Shown: one piece after another, positions 12,866-25,207 of the stretch | How the letters are laid out: each line of letters begins with the position of its first letter | Position numbering within the stretch: position 1 is the stretch's first letter | Assembly: GCF_009834535.1 (NCBI RefSeq) | Contig: NC_045696.1 | Location: 72,170,001-72,234,000, forward strand | Origin: Camelus ferus | Taxonomy: Eukaryota | Direction: 5' to 3' | Length of the DNA stretch: 64,000 bases | Notes under the pieces: model-generated | The model's database searches: none | The model's input: the letters and a program-made list of their open reading frames with translations, nothing else | Told to the model about the DNA's origin: nothing | Position numbers and translations under genes: made by a program

Positions 12866-14544
12866 GGAGACGGAGAAGATGGCGGAGTAAAAGGACGCTC
12901 GCAGGTCACCCTCTCCCACAAATACACCAAGACCCACGTCTACAGACCCACTCAGCCAACCAGAGCACCTGCGGAACTCTGACAGAACATCGCCCTCTTC
13001 AAAAGATAAAGACACCAAAAATCTGGTAGGAGAAAAGGAAAAAAGAAAGAACAAAAGGCAAAGCAGCGCAAGACGGGTCCCGCGGGGGAGGGAGTGGCAA
13101 AGGAGGACTGGCACTCGCTCGCTGGGTCTCCCCTCTCCAACCGAGAGGCCAGCGGGACGGAGGGGGTGCCTCTGAGGCTCGGATCTGTACAGAGCAGCCC
13201 TTGATTAACAGAACTAAGTTAAAAGGGGCACAGAGCGTCCCCCCAACACCCAGCGTGAGAGCGGGCCGGCAGAGGCGGGCAGGGCCAGGCTGCACAAGCC
13301 GGGTGGAGGACGGGGGCGGCTGCACAGAGGCAGGCCCGGGGTACTGTAAGGGACTGCACGCTGTGACTGTGGGTGCACAGGGCAGAACAACCTGGGCCCT
13401 CCATAAAACAGCAAGGTTGATGTGCTCTCGGGGGAAGGGTGCACACCCCCATCTCTGAAAACCCGCGGAAAGTTTTCGGGGAAGAGAGGCGGGGCTCAGG
13501 CACAGCCGCCATATCCTCTGCGCTGAGCACCCAGGCGGGGGTGGGGCGAAACCTGCATCCATACGGAAGGGCTGGGCAGCCTCAAAGGCCAGACTGAGAC
13601 TGGCCTGCAGCCCGGGGCAGATAGGATCCTTCCATTGGTCCCTCAGAGAACTTGTTCCACAAAGACAAACAAGGAGCTGGGTTTTCGCTGGGAGCAGGGA
13701 CAGGGCTGTCCCTCAGTCTTCCCCGAGCCCACCTGCGGAGCGCCGACCAGGGCGGAGCGCCGACCAGGACAGAGCGCGCAGCCGCACAGAGAGCGGAGCT
13801 ACCGGCGCAGGTAGAGGGAGAGCGGCCCCCCCGCCTTTCGGGCAAGAACACAGCCCCTGACTGAGGTGCTGGGAGGGGGCAAGACCCACCCTCCTACTCG
13901 GCCAGTCTGCAACATCTGACTGAGGCATCTGGAGGGGCAGCGACCCGCCCGCCCACAGCAGAGAGCTGCACCTGACCCAGTGTTAGGAGGAGGCGCGATC
14001 GGCTTGCCGACAGGTGCTGGGAGCAGCACAGAAGAGGGCGCCAACGGAGGGCCTCTGAAAACGGCAAGCTGAGCTTCCAAAACAGGACGAAGACAGAAAG
14101 ACTTCACATTAAAAACACACAGACTCCAGGAGAACACCGACAACCCCCCCCCTTTTTTTAAATCTGTTTTTACCTGTTCTATTTTCTATTACTCTCTTAA
14201 TTTTTACTTCTTCATTCATTTCTATTTCTCTTGGGTTTTGATGTCCTGCTATTGATTAGACACAGGTTTCAAATACATCTATTCATCTCCCCCCCCCCCT
14301 TTTTCGTAAAGGTTTTAAAAGGACGTCTCAACCCAATTAATACTCTGCTTCAACTCACTCTTCTATTATTCATTATACACTGTTTTCAAACCCTCTTTCT
14401 CCCTTCTTTTAAAATTCTTTCTCTCTCTCTATTTTTTTTTTCTTTTTTTCCTAAGTTCTATTCCTAAATAGGCATTAGATAGATAAAATCCTTAAGGACC
14501 AAAATAAACAACTGATACTCCATAAACCACAGTGCCAAAGAGGT
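12866..14544 (+). promoter_or_regulatory. L1 5' UTR / internal promoter
   Basis: Starts GGAGACGGAGAAGATGGCGG with a YY1-type core AAGATGGCGG at 12876-12885; CpG-rich to ~14140, then pyrimidine/AT-rich. Confidence 0.85.
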
Positions 14545-15449
14545 ATGAGCAAGATGAAGAAGCAGAAAAACCTTTCCCAATTAAAAGAACAAGAGAAATC
14601 CCCTGAAAGAAAGATCAACGAAATAGACATTGATAGCCTACTAGATCAAGATTTCAAAAAAGGAGTGATCAAATTGCTGAAGGAATTAAAAGAGATAGTG
14701 TTTATAGAGATATAAAATATGTCAAAATGAAATTGAAGCTATAAAGAAGAGCCAAGTAGAATAGGTAAACTCACTGACAGAGATGAGGAATGATCTAATA
14801 GCTGTGCAAAGCCGACTAGATAATGCAGAGGAACGAATTAGTGATCTAGAAGACAGGGCAATAGAAAGCACCCATTCAGAAGAACTACAAGATAAGCAAA
14901 TAAAAAATAATGAAAATAGCATAAGGGACCTATGGGATAATATAAAGCGTCCCAATCTTCGCATAATAGGGGTCCCAGAAGGAGAAGAAAGATCAAAGGG
15001 GATTGAAAAGGTTTTTGAAGAAATCATGACTGAAAACTTCCCAAACTTAAAGAAGGAATCAGATATCCAAGTACAGGAAGCTCAGAGGGTCCCAAACAGG
15101 AAGAATCCAAATAGACCCACACCAAGACATATCATAATCAAGATGGCCAGAGTCAAGGATAAAGAAATGATTCTAAAGGCAGCAAGAGAAAAGCAAAGAG
15201 TAAGTTACAAGGGAACCCCCATAAGGCTCTCAGCTGATTTCTCCACACAAACACTACAGGCCAGAAGGGAGTGGCAAGATATATTCAAAGCCCTGAATGA
15301 AAAAAAGATGCAGCCTAGGATCCTTTATCCAACAAGGCTATCCTTGAGGATAGAAGGAGAAATAAAGAGTTTCACAGACAAAAAAAAAGCTGCAGGAGTT
15401 TAGCAACACTAAACCCATGCTAAAAGAAATATTGAAAGGGCTATTCTAA
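14545..15449 (+). pseudogene. L1 ORF1p (coiled-coil, RRM, CTD), disrupted
   Basis: MSKMKKQKNLSQLKEQEKSPE start; NLRIIGVPEGEE, RPTPRHII, ARREW, YPxRLS motifs; frameshift near 14701-14730, in-frame TAG 14762-14764, extra A in run 15380-15388; restored frame ends LKGLF-TAA at 15449. Confidence 0.92.
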
Positions 15450-15853
15450 ATAGAAAAGCAGCAGGATGCTACAGAAATGAGAAACACACAACTGGAAAGG
15501 TGATAACACATGAATTACAAATAAAGTAAACATGAAATTATAAAAGAAGACATACAAATTACTGAGAGTGGGAGAGGGAGGCAGGGAAATATAGAATATT
15601 TTTTTTCTTTCTTTTTTAAATTTTTTTAACAGTAGGATGGGTTTGAGATCTTGTTACTATCAGTTTAATAAAAACAGTTATAGTAATGGGTTGATAGATT
15701 TACAAAAAAGGGTAACCACAAGCCAAAAATTTACAAAGGAGTCACAAAAATTAAATAAAATCCATGATATACAAAGGAAAATTACCAAACCACAAAAGGA
15801 AGAAGAAAGGAACAAAGAGGATATACCAATTCAACTGCAAAGATAAGTTCAAA

Positions 15854-18800
15854 ATGGCAATAAACACACATTTATCATTAATTACTGTAAATGTTAATGG
15901 ACTAAATGCTCCAGTCAAAAGACACACGTGGCAGACTGGATAATAAAGCAAGAACCTTCAATATGCTGCATACAAGAGACCCACTTCAGGGAGAAGGACA
16001 CATATAGATTGAGAGTGAAAGGATGGAAAAGGATATTCCATGCAAATGGAAAAGCCAAAAAAGCAGGTGTTGCAGTACTGATTTCAGACAAAATAGACTT
16101 TAAAACAAAGGCCATAAAGAAAGATAAAGAAGGACATTTTATAATGATTAAAGGAGTGATACAAGATGAGGATATTACACTCGTTAATATATATGCACCC
16201 AATATAGGAGCACCTAAGTACATACAAGAATTACTAACAGAGATAAAGGGGGATATTGATGGGAATACAATCATAGTTGGAGATTTTAACACTGCATTAA
16301 CATCATTAGACAGATCTTCCAGACAGAAAATAAACAAGGCAACAGAGAAATTAAATACTACAATAGAAAAACTAGATTTGGTGGATATTTTCAGAACATT
16401 ACACCCCCCAAAAATAGGATACACATTCTTTTCAAGTGCACATGGAACATTTTCCAGGATCGATCATGTACTTGGGCACAAAAGAAACCTCAACAATTTT
16501 AAGAAGATAGAAATTATCTCAAGCATCTTTACTGACCACAATGCCATGAAACTGGAAATCAACAACAGAGAAACAAAGGAGAAAAAAAGGAAAGCATGGA
16601 GATTAAACAATATGTTATTGAAAAAACAATGGATCAATGAGGAAATCAAAGCTGAAATTAAAAAATACCTTGAGACAAATGATAATGAAAGCACAACCAC
16701 TCAAAACCTATGGGACACAGCAAAAGCAGTGCTAAGAGGGAAGTTTATAGCGATACAGGCCTTCCTCAAAAAAGAAGAACAATCTCAAGTAAACAATTTA
16801 ACCCACCACCTGAATGAATTAGAAAAAGAAGAACAAAAAGCCCCAAAAAGCAGCAGAAGGAAGGAAATAATAAAGATCAGAGAGGAATTAAATACAATAG
16901 AGATTAACAAGACCATAGAAAAAAATCAACCAAACCAAAAGCTGGTTTTTTGAAAAAGTAAATAAAATCGACAAACCTCTGGCCAAACTCACAAAGAAGA
17001 AAAGAGAGCACAAATTAGCAAAATAAGAAAGGAAAATGGAGAAATTACAACAAACAAAATAGAAATACAGAATATCATACGAGAATATTATGAAAAACTG
17101 TATGGAACCAAACTGGATAACCTAGAGGAGATGGACAAGTTTCTGGAAACATACTGTCCACCAAAACTGAAGCAAGAAGAATCTGAACAGTTGAATAATC
17201 CGATCACTAGAAAGGAAATAGAAATAGCAATTAAAAACCTCCCTACAAATAAAAGTCCAGGACCGGACGGCTTCACCAGGGAATTCTACCAAACATACAA
17301 AGAAGAACTCATACCAGTCCTTCTCAAACTCTTCCAGACGATTGAAAAGGAAGGAATACTCCCAAACTCATTCTATGAAGCCACCATCACCCTGATACCA
17401 AAACGAGGCAAAGACACTACAAAAAAAGAGAATTATAGGCCAATATCACTGATGAACATAGACGCCAAAATCCTCACCAAAATTTTAGCAAATAGAATCC
17501 AACAACACATAAAAAAGATTATACATCATGACCAAGTGGGGTTCATCCCAGGGACACAAGGCTGGTTCAACATACGCAAATCAATCAGTGTAATACATCA
17601 CATCAACAAGAGAAAGGACAAAAACCACATGATCATCTCCATCGATGCAGAAAAAGCATTTGATAAAATTCAACACCCATTTATGATAAAAACTCTCGCC
17701 AAAGTGGGTATAGAGGGAACATATCTCAACATAATAAAAGCTATATATGACAAACCTACAGCCAGCATAGTACTCAACGGTGAAAAACTCAAAAGCTTCC
17801 CACTAAAATCTGGGGCAAGACAAGGATGCCCACTATCACCACTCCTATTCAACATAGTCCTGGAAGTCCTAGCCACAGCAGTCAGGCAAGAGAAAGAAAT
17901 AAAAGGGATCCAAATTGGAAAAGAAGAGGTAAAAGTGTCATTATATGCTGATGACATGCTACTATATATAGAAAACCCTAAAAGGTCCACACAAAAGCTA
18001 CTAGAGCTGATTGAAGAATTCAGCAAGGTAGCAGGTTACAAAATTAACGTTCAAAAATCAGTTGCATTTCTTTACACTAACGATAAATCAACAGAAGAAG
18101 AAAGTAAAGAAACAATCCCCTTTAAAACAGCACCCAAAGTAATAAAATATCTGGGAATAAATCTAACCAAGGAGGTGAAAGAATTATACACAGAAAACTA
18201 TAAACCGTTGATGAAGGAAATTAAAGAAGACTTTAAAAAATGGAAAGATATTCCATGCTCTTGGATTGGAAGAATCAATATTGTTAAAATGGTCACACTG
18301 CCCAAGGCAATCTACAGATTTAATGCAATCCCTATCCAATTACCCAGGACATATTTCACAGAACTAGAAAAAATCATAATAAAATTCATATGGAACCATC
18401 AAAGACCTAGAATTGCCAAAGCATTACTGAAGAGAAAGAAAGAGGCTGGAGGAATAACTCTCCCAGACTTCAGACAATACTATAGAGCTACAGTCATCAA
18501 GACAGCATGGTATTGGTACCAAAACAGACATATAGACCAATGGAACAGAATAGAGAGCCCAGAAACGAACCCACAAACTTTTGGTCAACTCATCTTCGAC
18601 AAAGGAGGCAAGAATATACGTTGGAATAAAGACAGTCTCTTCAGCAAATGGTGTTGGGGAAACTGGACAGCAGCATGTAAAACAATGAAGCTAGAACACT
18701 CCCTTACACCATATACAAAAATCAACTCAAAATGGATTAAAGACTTAAACATAAGACAAGATACAATAAACCTCCTAGAGGAAAACATAGGCAAAACACT

Positions 18801-19643
18801 ATCTGACATACATTTCAAAAATTTTCTCCTAGAAGAAATAAAAGCAAGAATAAACAAATGGGACCTAATGAAACTTACAAGCTTCTGCACAGCAAAGGAA
18901 ACCAGAAATAATACAAGAAGAAAACCTACGGAATGGGAGAAAATTTTTGCAAGTGAAACCGACAAAGGCTTGATCTCCAGAATATATAAGCAGCTCATAC
19001 GACTCAATAAGAAAAAAATAAACAACCCAATCCAAAAATGGGCAGAAGACCTAAACAAGCAATTCTCCAAGGAAGACATACAAATGATCAAAAAGCACAT
19101 GAAAAAATGCTCAATATCACTAATTATCAGAGAAATGCAAATCAAAACTACAATGAGGTATCACCTCACACCAGTCAGAATGGTCGTCACTCAAAAATCC
19201 ACAAATGACAAATGCTGGAGAGGCTGTGGAGAAAGGGAACCCTCCTACACTGCTGGTGGGAATGCAGTTTGGTGCAGCCACTATGGAAAACAGTGTGGAG
19301 ATTCCTCAAAAGACTAGGAATAGACTCACCATATGACCCAGGAATCCCACTCCTGGGCTTGTATCCAGAAGGAAATCTACTTCAGGATGACACCTGCACC
19401 CCAATGTTCATAGCAGCACTATTTACAATAGCCAAAACATGGAAACAGCCTAAATGTCCAACAGGTGACTGGATAAAGAAGATGTGGTATATTTATACAA
19501 TGGAATACTACTCAGCCATAAAAACCGACAACATAATGCCATTTGCAGCAACATGGATGCTCCTGGAGAATGTCATTCTAAGTGAAGTAAGCCAGAAAGA
19601 GAAAGAAAAATACCATATGAGATCGCTCATATGTGGAATCTAA
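15854..19643 (+). pseudogene. L1 ORF2p (APE endonuclease, reverse transcriptase, C-terminal CCHC), disrupted
   Basis: NVNGLN, CIQETH, GDFN, RIDH, DHN endonuclease motifs; [11 protein letters not shown]-like box; RQGCPLSP and YADD RT motifs; frameshifts near 15926, 16920, 17005 and 19233. Confidence 0.96.
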
Positions 19644-21589
19644 AAAACAAAAAGAAAAACAAACAAACAAACAAAAACAAAGCGTAAATACAGGACAGAA
19701 ATAGACTCAACAGACAGAGAATACAGACTTGTGGTTACCAGGGGGGTGGAGGGTGGGAAGGGATAGACTGGGATTTCAAAATTGTAGAATAGACTACACT
19801 GTATAGCACAGGGAAATATACACAAAATGTTATGATAACTCACAGAGAAAAAAATGTGACAATGAGTGTGTATATGTCCATGAATAACTGAAAAATTGTG
19901 CTGAACGCTGGAATTTGACACAACATTGTAAAATGATTATAAATCAATAAAAAATGTTAAAAAAAATGATCATGAAGAATACTGTGCAGTAAGATGGAAA
20001 ATATTTCAATGATAAAAACAACCCATATTCTTTCAAGAAATATTAAAAAAATTAGGAGAATAAAAAAGGTAATTAAAAGGCAGCTGAAATCCTAACACCA
20101 AGAAACAACTAGTAACATTCTGACAAGTAATTCTTGCAAGTTTCTCTCTATACCTATATATTTTTTCTATCTTCCTAACTACCTACCCATCAAATACATA
20201 CACATTTCTTTTCATATAATTGGGATCATATGAAACCACAACTCTTATTTTATTTAATATTATATTTTAGTATGTACCTTTGTTATTAAATTCTCTGAAA
20301 GCATCATTTTTATTATCTGCATATTTCATCTTCTATCTGTACCATATACCCATTTAAGCATTCTCCTACTTGGACACTGAAAATGCTTTCAATGCTTCCC
20401 TCATATATAACATATAATAAAGTGAAAAAATATAATTTAATATATTATATGTAATATCTTTGAGTATATTTATTATATATAAAATACCTTGAGTTCCTCA
20501 AGGACAGAAACTATGCTTACTCATCTTATTTATCACCTATCATAATGAGCACATAGGTGCTCAACAATAATTTGTTAAATAAATGAATAAAAATAGCTGT
20601 AAAATTTTTGAAATAATGGCATAATTACGAATTATCTTTCTATTCTAACAGTCTTCCGTAATAGTTATGTTACGTTAATATTTAAAAGAAAATACACACT
20701 TTTATTAAGGAAGAGGAAAAGAAAAAATAATAAGGAAGACCTTATATTTAACAGTAATTAAAAAGTTTTAAAAAATTTTCTCCCCATTTTCCAAATAATG
20801 TAAAAACCACCCACCAAAGCGTTAGTCATATTTGATCTCATATTAATCTTATGCTTGCTTAATGCTGCATCATTTTCTAGTTTTTAATAATCTTATAATT
20901 TACCCTTGCCTGGGACTTGGAAATAACAGCAATATAGAACTCATAAAGTACTAAATTTTTCCATTAACTCTATTTTATAGTTACAATGCTCTTAAAGCAC
21001 AAGACTCCAAACTTTTACAGTTAACTGGAAAACTCTATACTGCATTTGACTTTGATGAAAATGCAAGACTTAGAACATCACATAGAGAAAACTCCATTAT
21101 AAATATATGGTTCCAGAACAAAGATGAGATTTGAAAAAGCCAATGACTAATGATAAGATTTTGAAACACTTCAACCAACAGAGGGAGATACGTGACAAAA
21201 AACTGAGGGTAATTTTAACAATATGGCTGTAATTTATATTCTATCACCAATTATTGAGTAAAAATAAGTTTAGTTTGTAAGTCTTTAATAATAAAAAGTT
21301 GTTTCTATTCCATAGTCCACAATAAGCAGCGTATCGTTGAAAGATGACTTACATTTTATTTAATGAATTGTAATATTAAAAGGGAATTAGTTCCTAGTGA
21401 ACAAAAAGACATGCCTTCATGAAGTACACACACAGACACACACCCTCATTAGATTATTTTCTTCTAAGGAAATAATCTTATTTCTGTTATAATTACTATT
21501 ATAAAGTTTAAAAAAATTTTTTTTATTGAGTTATATAGTCAGTTTACAAAAATAGTTATAGTTATCTTTTTCTTTCTTTTTTTTTTTTG

Positions 21590-21710
21590 TGTGTGTGTAG
21601 GGGGGGAAGGTAACTAGGTTTATTTATTTTTAGGGGAGGCCCTGGGGATTGAACCCAGGTCCTTGTGCATGCTAAGCATGCACTCTATCACTTGAGCTAT
21701 ACATTCCCCG
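21590..21710 (-). mobile_element. tRNA-derived SINE (camelid Vic-1-like)
   Basis: Minus strand reads TATAGCTCAAGTGATAGAG (A box) ... GGTTCAATCCCC (B box), then AAATAAATAAACCTAGTTACC and an A-rich tail; TSD TATTATAAAGTTTA 21497-21510 / 21711-21724. Confidence 0.9.
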
Positions 21711-21972
21711 TATTATAAAGTTTACTGTTATTGTTATAAAGCCAGTTCATGCCAAAAAAGAAGGTAAATGGAATAAAAGTAGTACTTTTGAATCAACTTT
21801 AACTTAGAATTCTGGTAAATTCTGCCTTTACCATTTTCCCCCATTAATTGATCTCCTGCCTTGCTCACTCCAATAATGTCTTCAATAAGCTAAAGATTTC
21901 ATCACTCATTTATGATCGTAAAAACAAGATCTGTAAATAGGACTTAAAATGAGTATGGTAATCACACCATAC

Positions 21973-22076
21973 CTGTACAAGTCCGCTTCTGGTTGCTGAC
22001 ATTCTATCACAGCTACAAGAGTGTCCAAATTAGCAACTGTCTGTAATATTGCTGTTTCTGGAACTGCCACATGTGT
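21973..22076 (-). CDS. ATP11B: ATP11B exon 7 (THVAVPETAILQTVANLDTLVAVIECQQPEADLY+AG)
   Basis: 104 nt, CAG/GTATG boundaries, ends phase 2. Confidence 0.97.
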
Positions 22077-22666
22077 CTGAAAAAAATTAAATTGTAGTTT
22101 CAAGATCCAAATGGGACCTTAAATATCATCTAATTTAAATAACATCTCTTTTACAGATGAATTCATAGCATTCTCTACTTGAGACTACTTAGACAGCAGA
22201 GGAGAGAAGAATGTAAAATAACAAGTAACAAAAGAAGCTACTGTGATTACCTGTCCACAGAGGCAATTTGCATATAAGGAAATTAAGTCTGTGTTAATAG
22301 TCACTACTGTTCAAAATTTATTGTAAACAACTTAATAGTAAAAAAAAAAAAAAGTGAATCAAGTACAACCCTTGATTGTACTCTGAAAATTGAGAAAAAT
22401 TTAAATGTGTCTCCCATCTGAATAAGTACCAAAATATTGAAAGATCATATTTTCCCTAAAAATAGTTCTCATTTTAAACTTTAAACCACATGGGGCTATC
22501 CTTGAAATAAATACCTAATAATATTATTTAAGAAAAAAAAATTTTTTTCAGTAATTTAAAACATCTTTTATGAAGTCAAACTTTATCACCTTAAGCAAAA
22601 GAAAGTATCACTATAATCCAAAGGCATTTTGTTTACCAAAAGCAACACACATATACATATACAAAC

Positions 22667-22795
22667 CTTCAGGTTAGTTTCTCCATCCAAACTAGCAGTT
22701 GTAACGTGACAAGAACCATCAAGTCGATCTGAGGACAGAAGCACCAAATCTGCAGGGAAAATTTCATCTTTGGCTATTCGAACAATATCACCCAC
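22667..22795 (-). CDS. ATP11B: ATP11B exon 6 (actuator domain, contains the DGET motif)
   Basis: 129 nt [51 protein letters not shown] boundaries; DGET is the P4-ATPase dephosphorylation motif. Confidence 0.98.
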
Positions 22796-22988
22796 CTATA
22801 AAGAATTTTGGGGAAAAGGGAATATACAGATTTTAAAAGGCCAGATCTTATTTTCATTCAGTGCTAAACAAGTGGGCTACCCTAATATTTTAATGTAGGA
22901 AAGAAGGCTTCTAATTAAAATATAATTTACATTAGAATTTGTGATACCAAGATAAAACTGATCTTTTTTTTTTTAATGAAATGCATAC

Positions 22989-23096
22989 CCGGATGTTTTT
23001 TGATCTAGTTTTTACAAGGCCTCCACTTCGAACAACATAAACAGGAGCTCCATTTACTTCATTATCTGAGTTATGTCGTAACCAATCTTCATATCC
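22989..23096 (-). CDS. ATP11B: ATP11B exon 5 (GYEDWLRHNSDNEVNGAPVYVVRSGGLVKTRSKNIR)
   Basis: 108 nt, CAG/GTATG boundaries. Confidence 0.97.
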
Positions 23097-25126
23097 CTGT
23101 AAACATCAAAAAAATAACAAGTGCCCCTTTTAGTATAATTAGAAGATACTTTTATCAAATGAAAAAAAGAAACATAAAAACTTCTCCCAAAGCATTTCAT
23201 TCATTAGCATTACGTTAAGCTATTTTGATGCATATATCATAGGTATTTGACATTCATTACTACTAGAAACACTTCTCTTGGTTTTCATTACACACGTTTC
23301 TGGTTTTCACAGTACCTCTCTAGTTACTCCTCAGTTTCCTCATGGGAGGTTCCTTCTATGTCATCTTAATGGGCCTTTTTTCATCCTTCACTTCTTACAA
23401 GATTTTCCTATCCCTGTATGTTCTAAAACTTTAAAAATTATATCTTTAGCCCATGTCTCTCTTCTTGAGTCTAAGTTGAACATCCAACTGCATTCTTAAT
23501 ATCTCCATTTTAATGTTTCACAAATACATTAAACATTTCAAAAGTAAATTGATGATGTTATCCCCCAAGTTTGCTGCATTTCCAATGTTTCCCATCTTGA
23601 CAAATGATCTCACCATCTACTGAGTTGCTCCTACCAGAATCTGGGGAGTCACTCTTGATTTCTACCTTTTCTAACATCTATTCATTTAATAAGTTCTATT
23701 GCTTCTATGTACAAATGATACTTTAATCATAGAACATAAATTCACAGGGCATTATTACAGACAATAAATAGGAAAAAATAAACAGATTTTGAAACCGAGG
23801 TTGAGTTTTCACTCTCTTAAACAACAGACCAACAAAATTATAATTTGTACTTCAAAATAAATATGGTAGGCTATACAGATCACCATCAAAAAGGGAAACA
23901 AGCATTTCACAAAGAATCCTTTGATTAAATGTTAAAGAGTGGCATTTTTTTTTTAAGTAGAAAAAAACTTGTGCTATTTTAGGGAAAATTCAAGAATTCA
24001 GAGGTAAAGGATAAGTATAGATAACGGAATGATATCTAGGAGATAGCATTAAGTGATAAAAGTAAGGTACAGAACATGTTATATTCTATGCTATCATTTG
24101 TGAAAAATATATGCTTGCTGTAAATGACATCTGCAAAACCAAATAAATATGTAATTGCATGAAGTAATCTGGGTGCTTACTAACTTACACAAATTCTAGT
24201 CTGCAACAGAATAGTGAAGAAAGGGAAATCAAACTTAGTGAGGACAGTAGCATTGATACTGACACATCAGAAAAAGAATGTACTGTTAAATCTATAGATT
24301 CCCCTTATCTCATGTAAGTAACAAAGAATATACTACATTCCCAGAATTATAAAATGTTTGTCAATTTGTTTCTAAGTCAATTTAAATCTTATCTTGAAAT
24401 CTTATAAAATGAAAATTTATCACACTTACACAATAAAATTCAAATTAACTCTTTCTCAGGTGCAAAGGATCAACTCTGTATAACTGAGCCTCTGACAAGA
24501 CTTTCTGAGAAGTGGTAGCTATACAAACATGACATTTCTAGGAATTTTTAAATTTCTTACTTGCCATGTTTACCCAAGAATCCTATCTTTCTATACCTAG
24601 ATTTTAATATCAATTCAAAAGTCGGTTAGAGCTATTTCCCCTAGGACACTACTTTACATAAAAATCAACATCACCAGAGAAGGTGTAAAAAGTAGGAAAG
24701 CACTACACAATTTTTCTTCAGAAATGTTCACACCAGAAGCACAAGCTTCACTTCCTATAAATATATCCCCTTTGAATTATATTTCCTTGAAATACTGCCA
24801 AATTCTACAAAGATCATTATTATAATTAACCTGTTTCATATATGAATTGGTTTGTACCTATGAAATGTTTGCTTTTGGATGCTTCCTAGGTGTGTCAAAG
24901 GAACAGCATATTTTAACAACTGTAATCATCCCATGAGTCACCAGGTACCTAAAGTATAACAGGGTGGCTTAACGCAGTTTAATTTTACTGTATGCAAAAT
25001 CAAACTAATTTACTTCTTTCTTATGAAAATTATTTTCACAACAATTAATTTTACTTTGGAGTGCAAATACTAAGCAACTTCTGAATAACTTGGGGAAGAA
25101 AAAAAACAATAGAAAGTAATTCATAC

Positions 25127-25207
25127 CTGCTTTATGGCAGTAACTGTTATCACAAAGAACAATGGAAGTCCACTGGTAATTGGACTGGTAGGTGTATCAA
25201 TCATAAG
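25127..25207 (-). CDS. ATP11B: ATP11B exon 4 ([29 protein letters not shown]2)
   Basis: 81 nt, CAG/GTATG boundaries, phase 0. Confidence 0.97.

Larger units (their letters stand above)
12866..19961 (+). mobile_element. Full-length LINE-1 (young, lineage-specific) in ATP11B intron 7, antisense to the host gene
   Basis: TSD AAAAATGATCATG at 12853-12865 and 19962-19974; TT/AAAA endonuclease site; CpG-rich 5' UTR, ORF1, spacer, ORF2, G-rich 3' UTR, AATAAA at 19946-19951. Confidence 0.97.

Noticed and set aside
15637..15846. 69-aa ORF in the L1 inter-ORF spacer
   Set aside because: Short with no recognisable motif; consistent with chance in A-rich spacer sequence
15915..19145. Minus-strand ORFs of 78-186 aa overlapping L1 ORF2
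   Set aside because: Antisense shadows of L1 ORF2 arising from its codon composition
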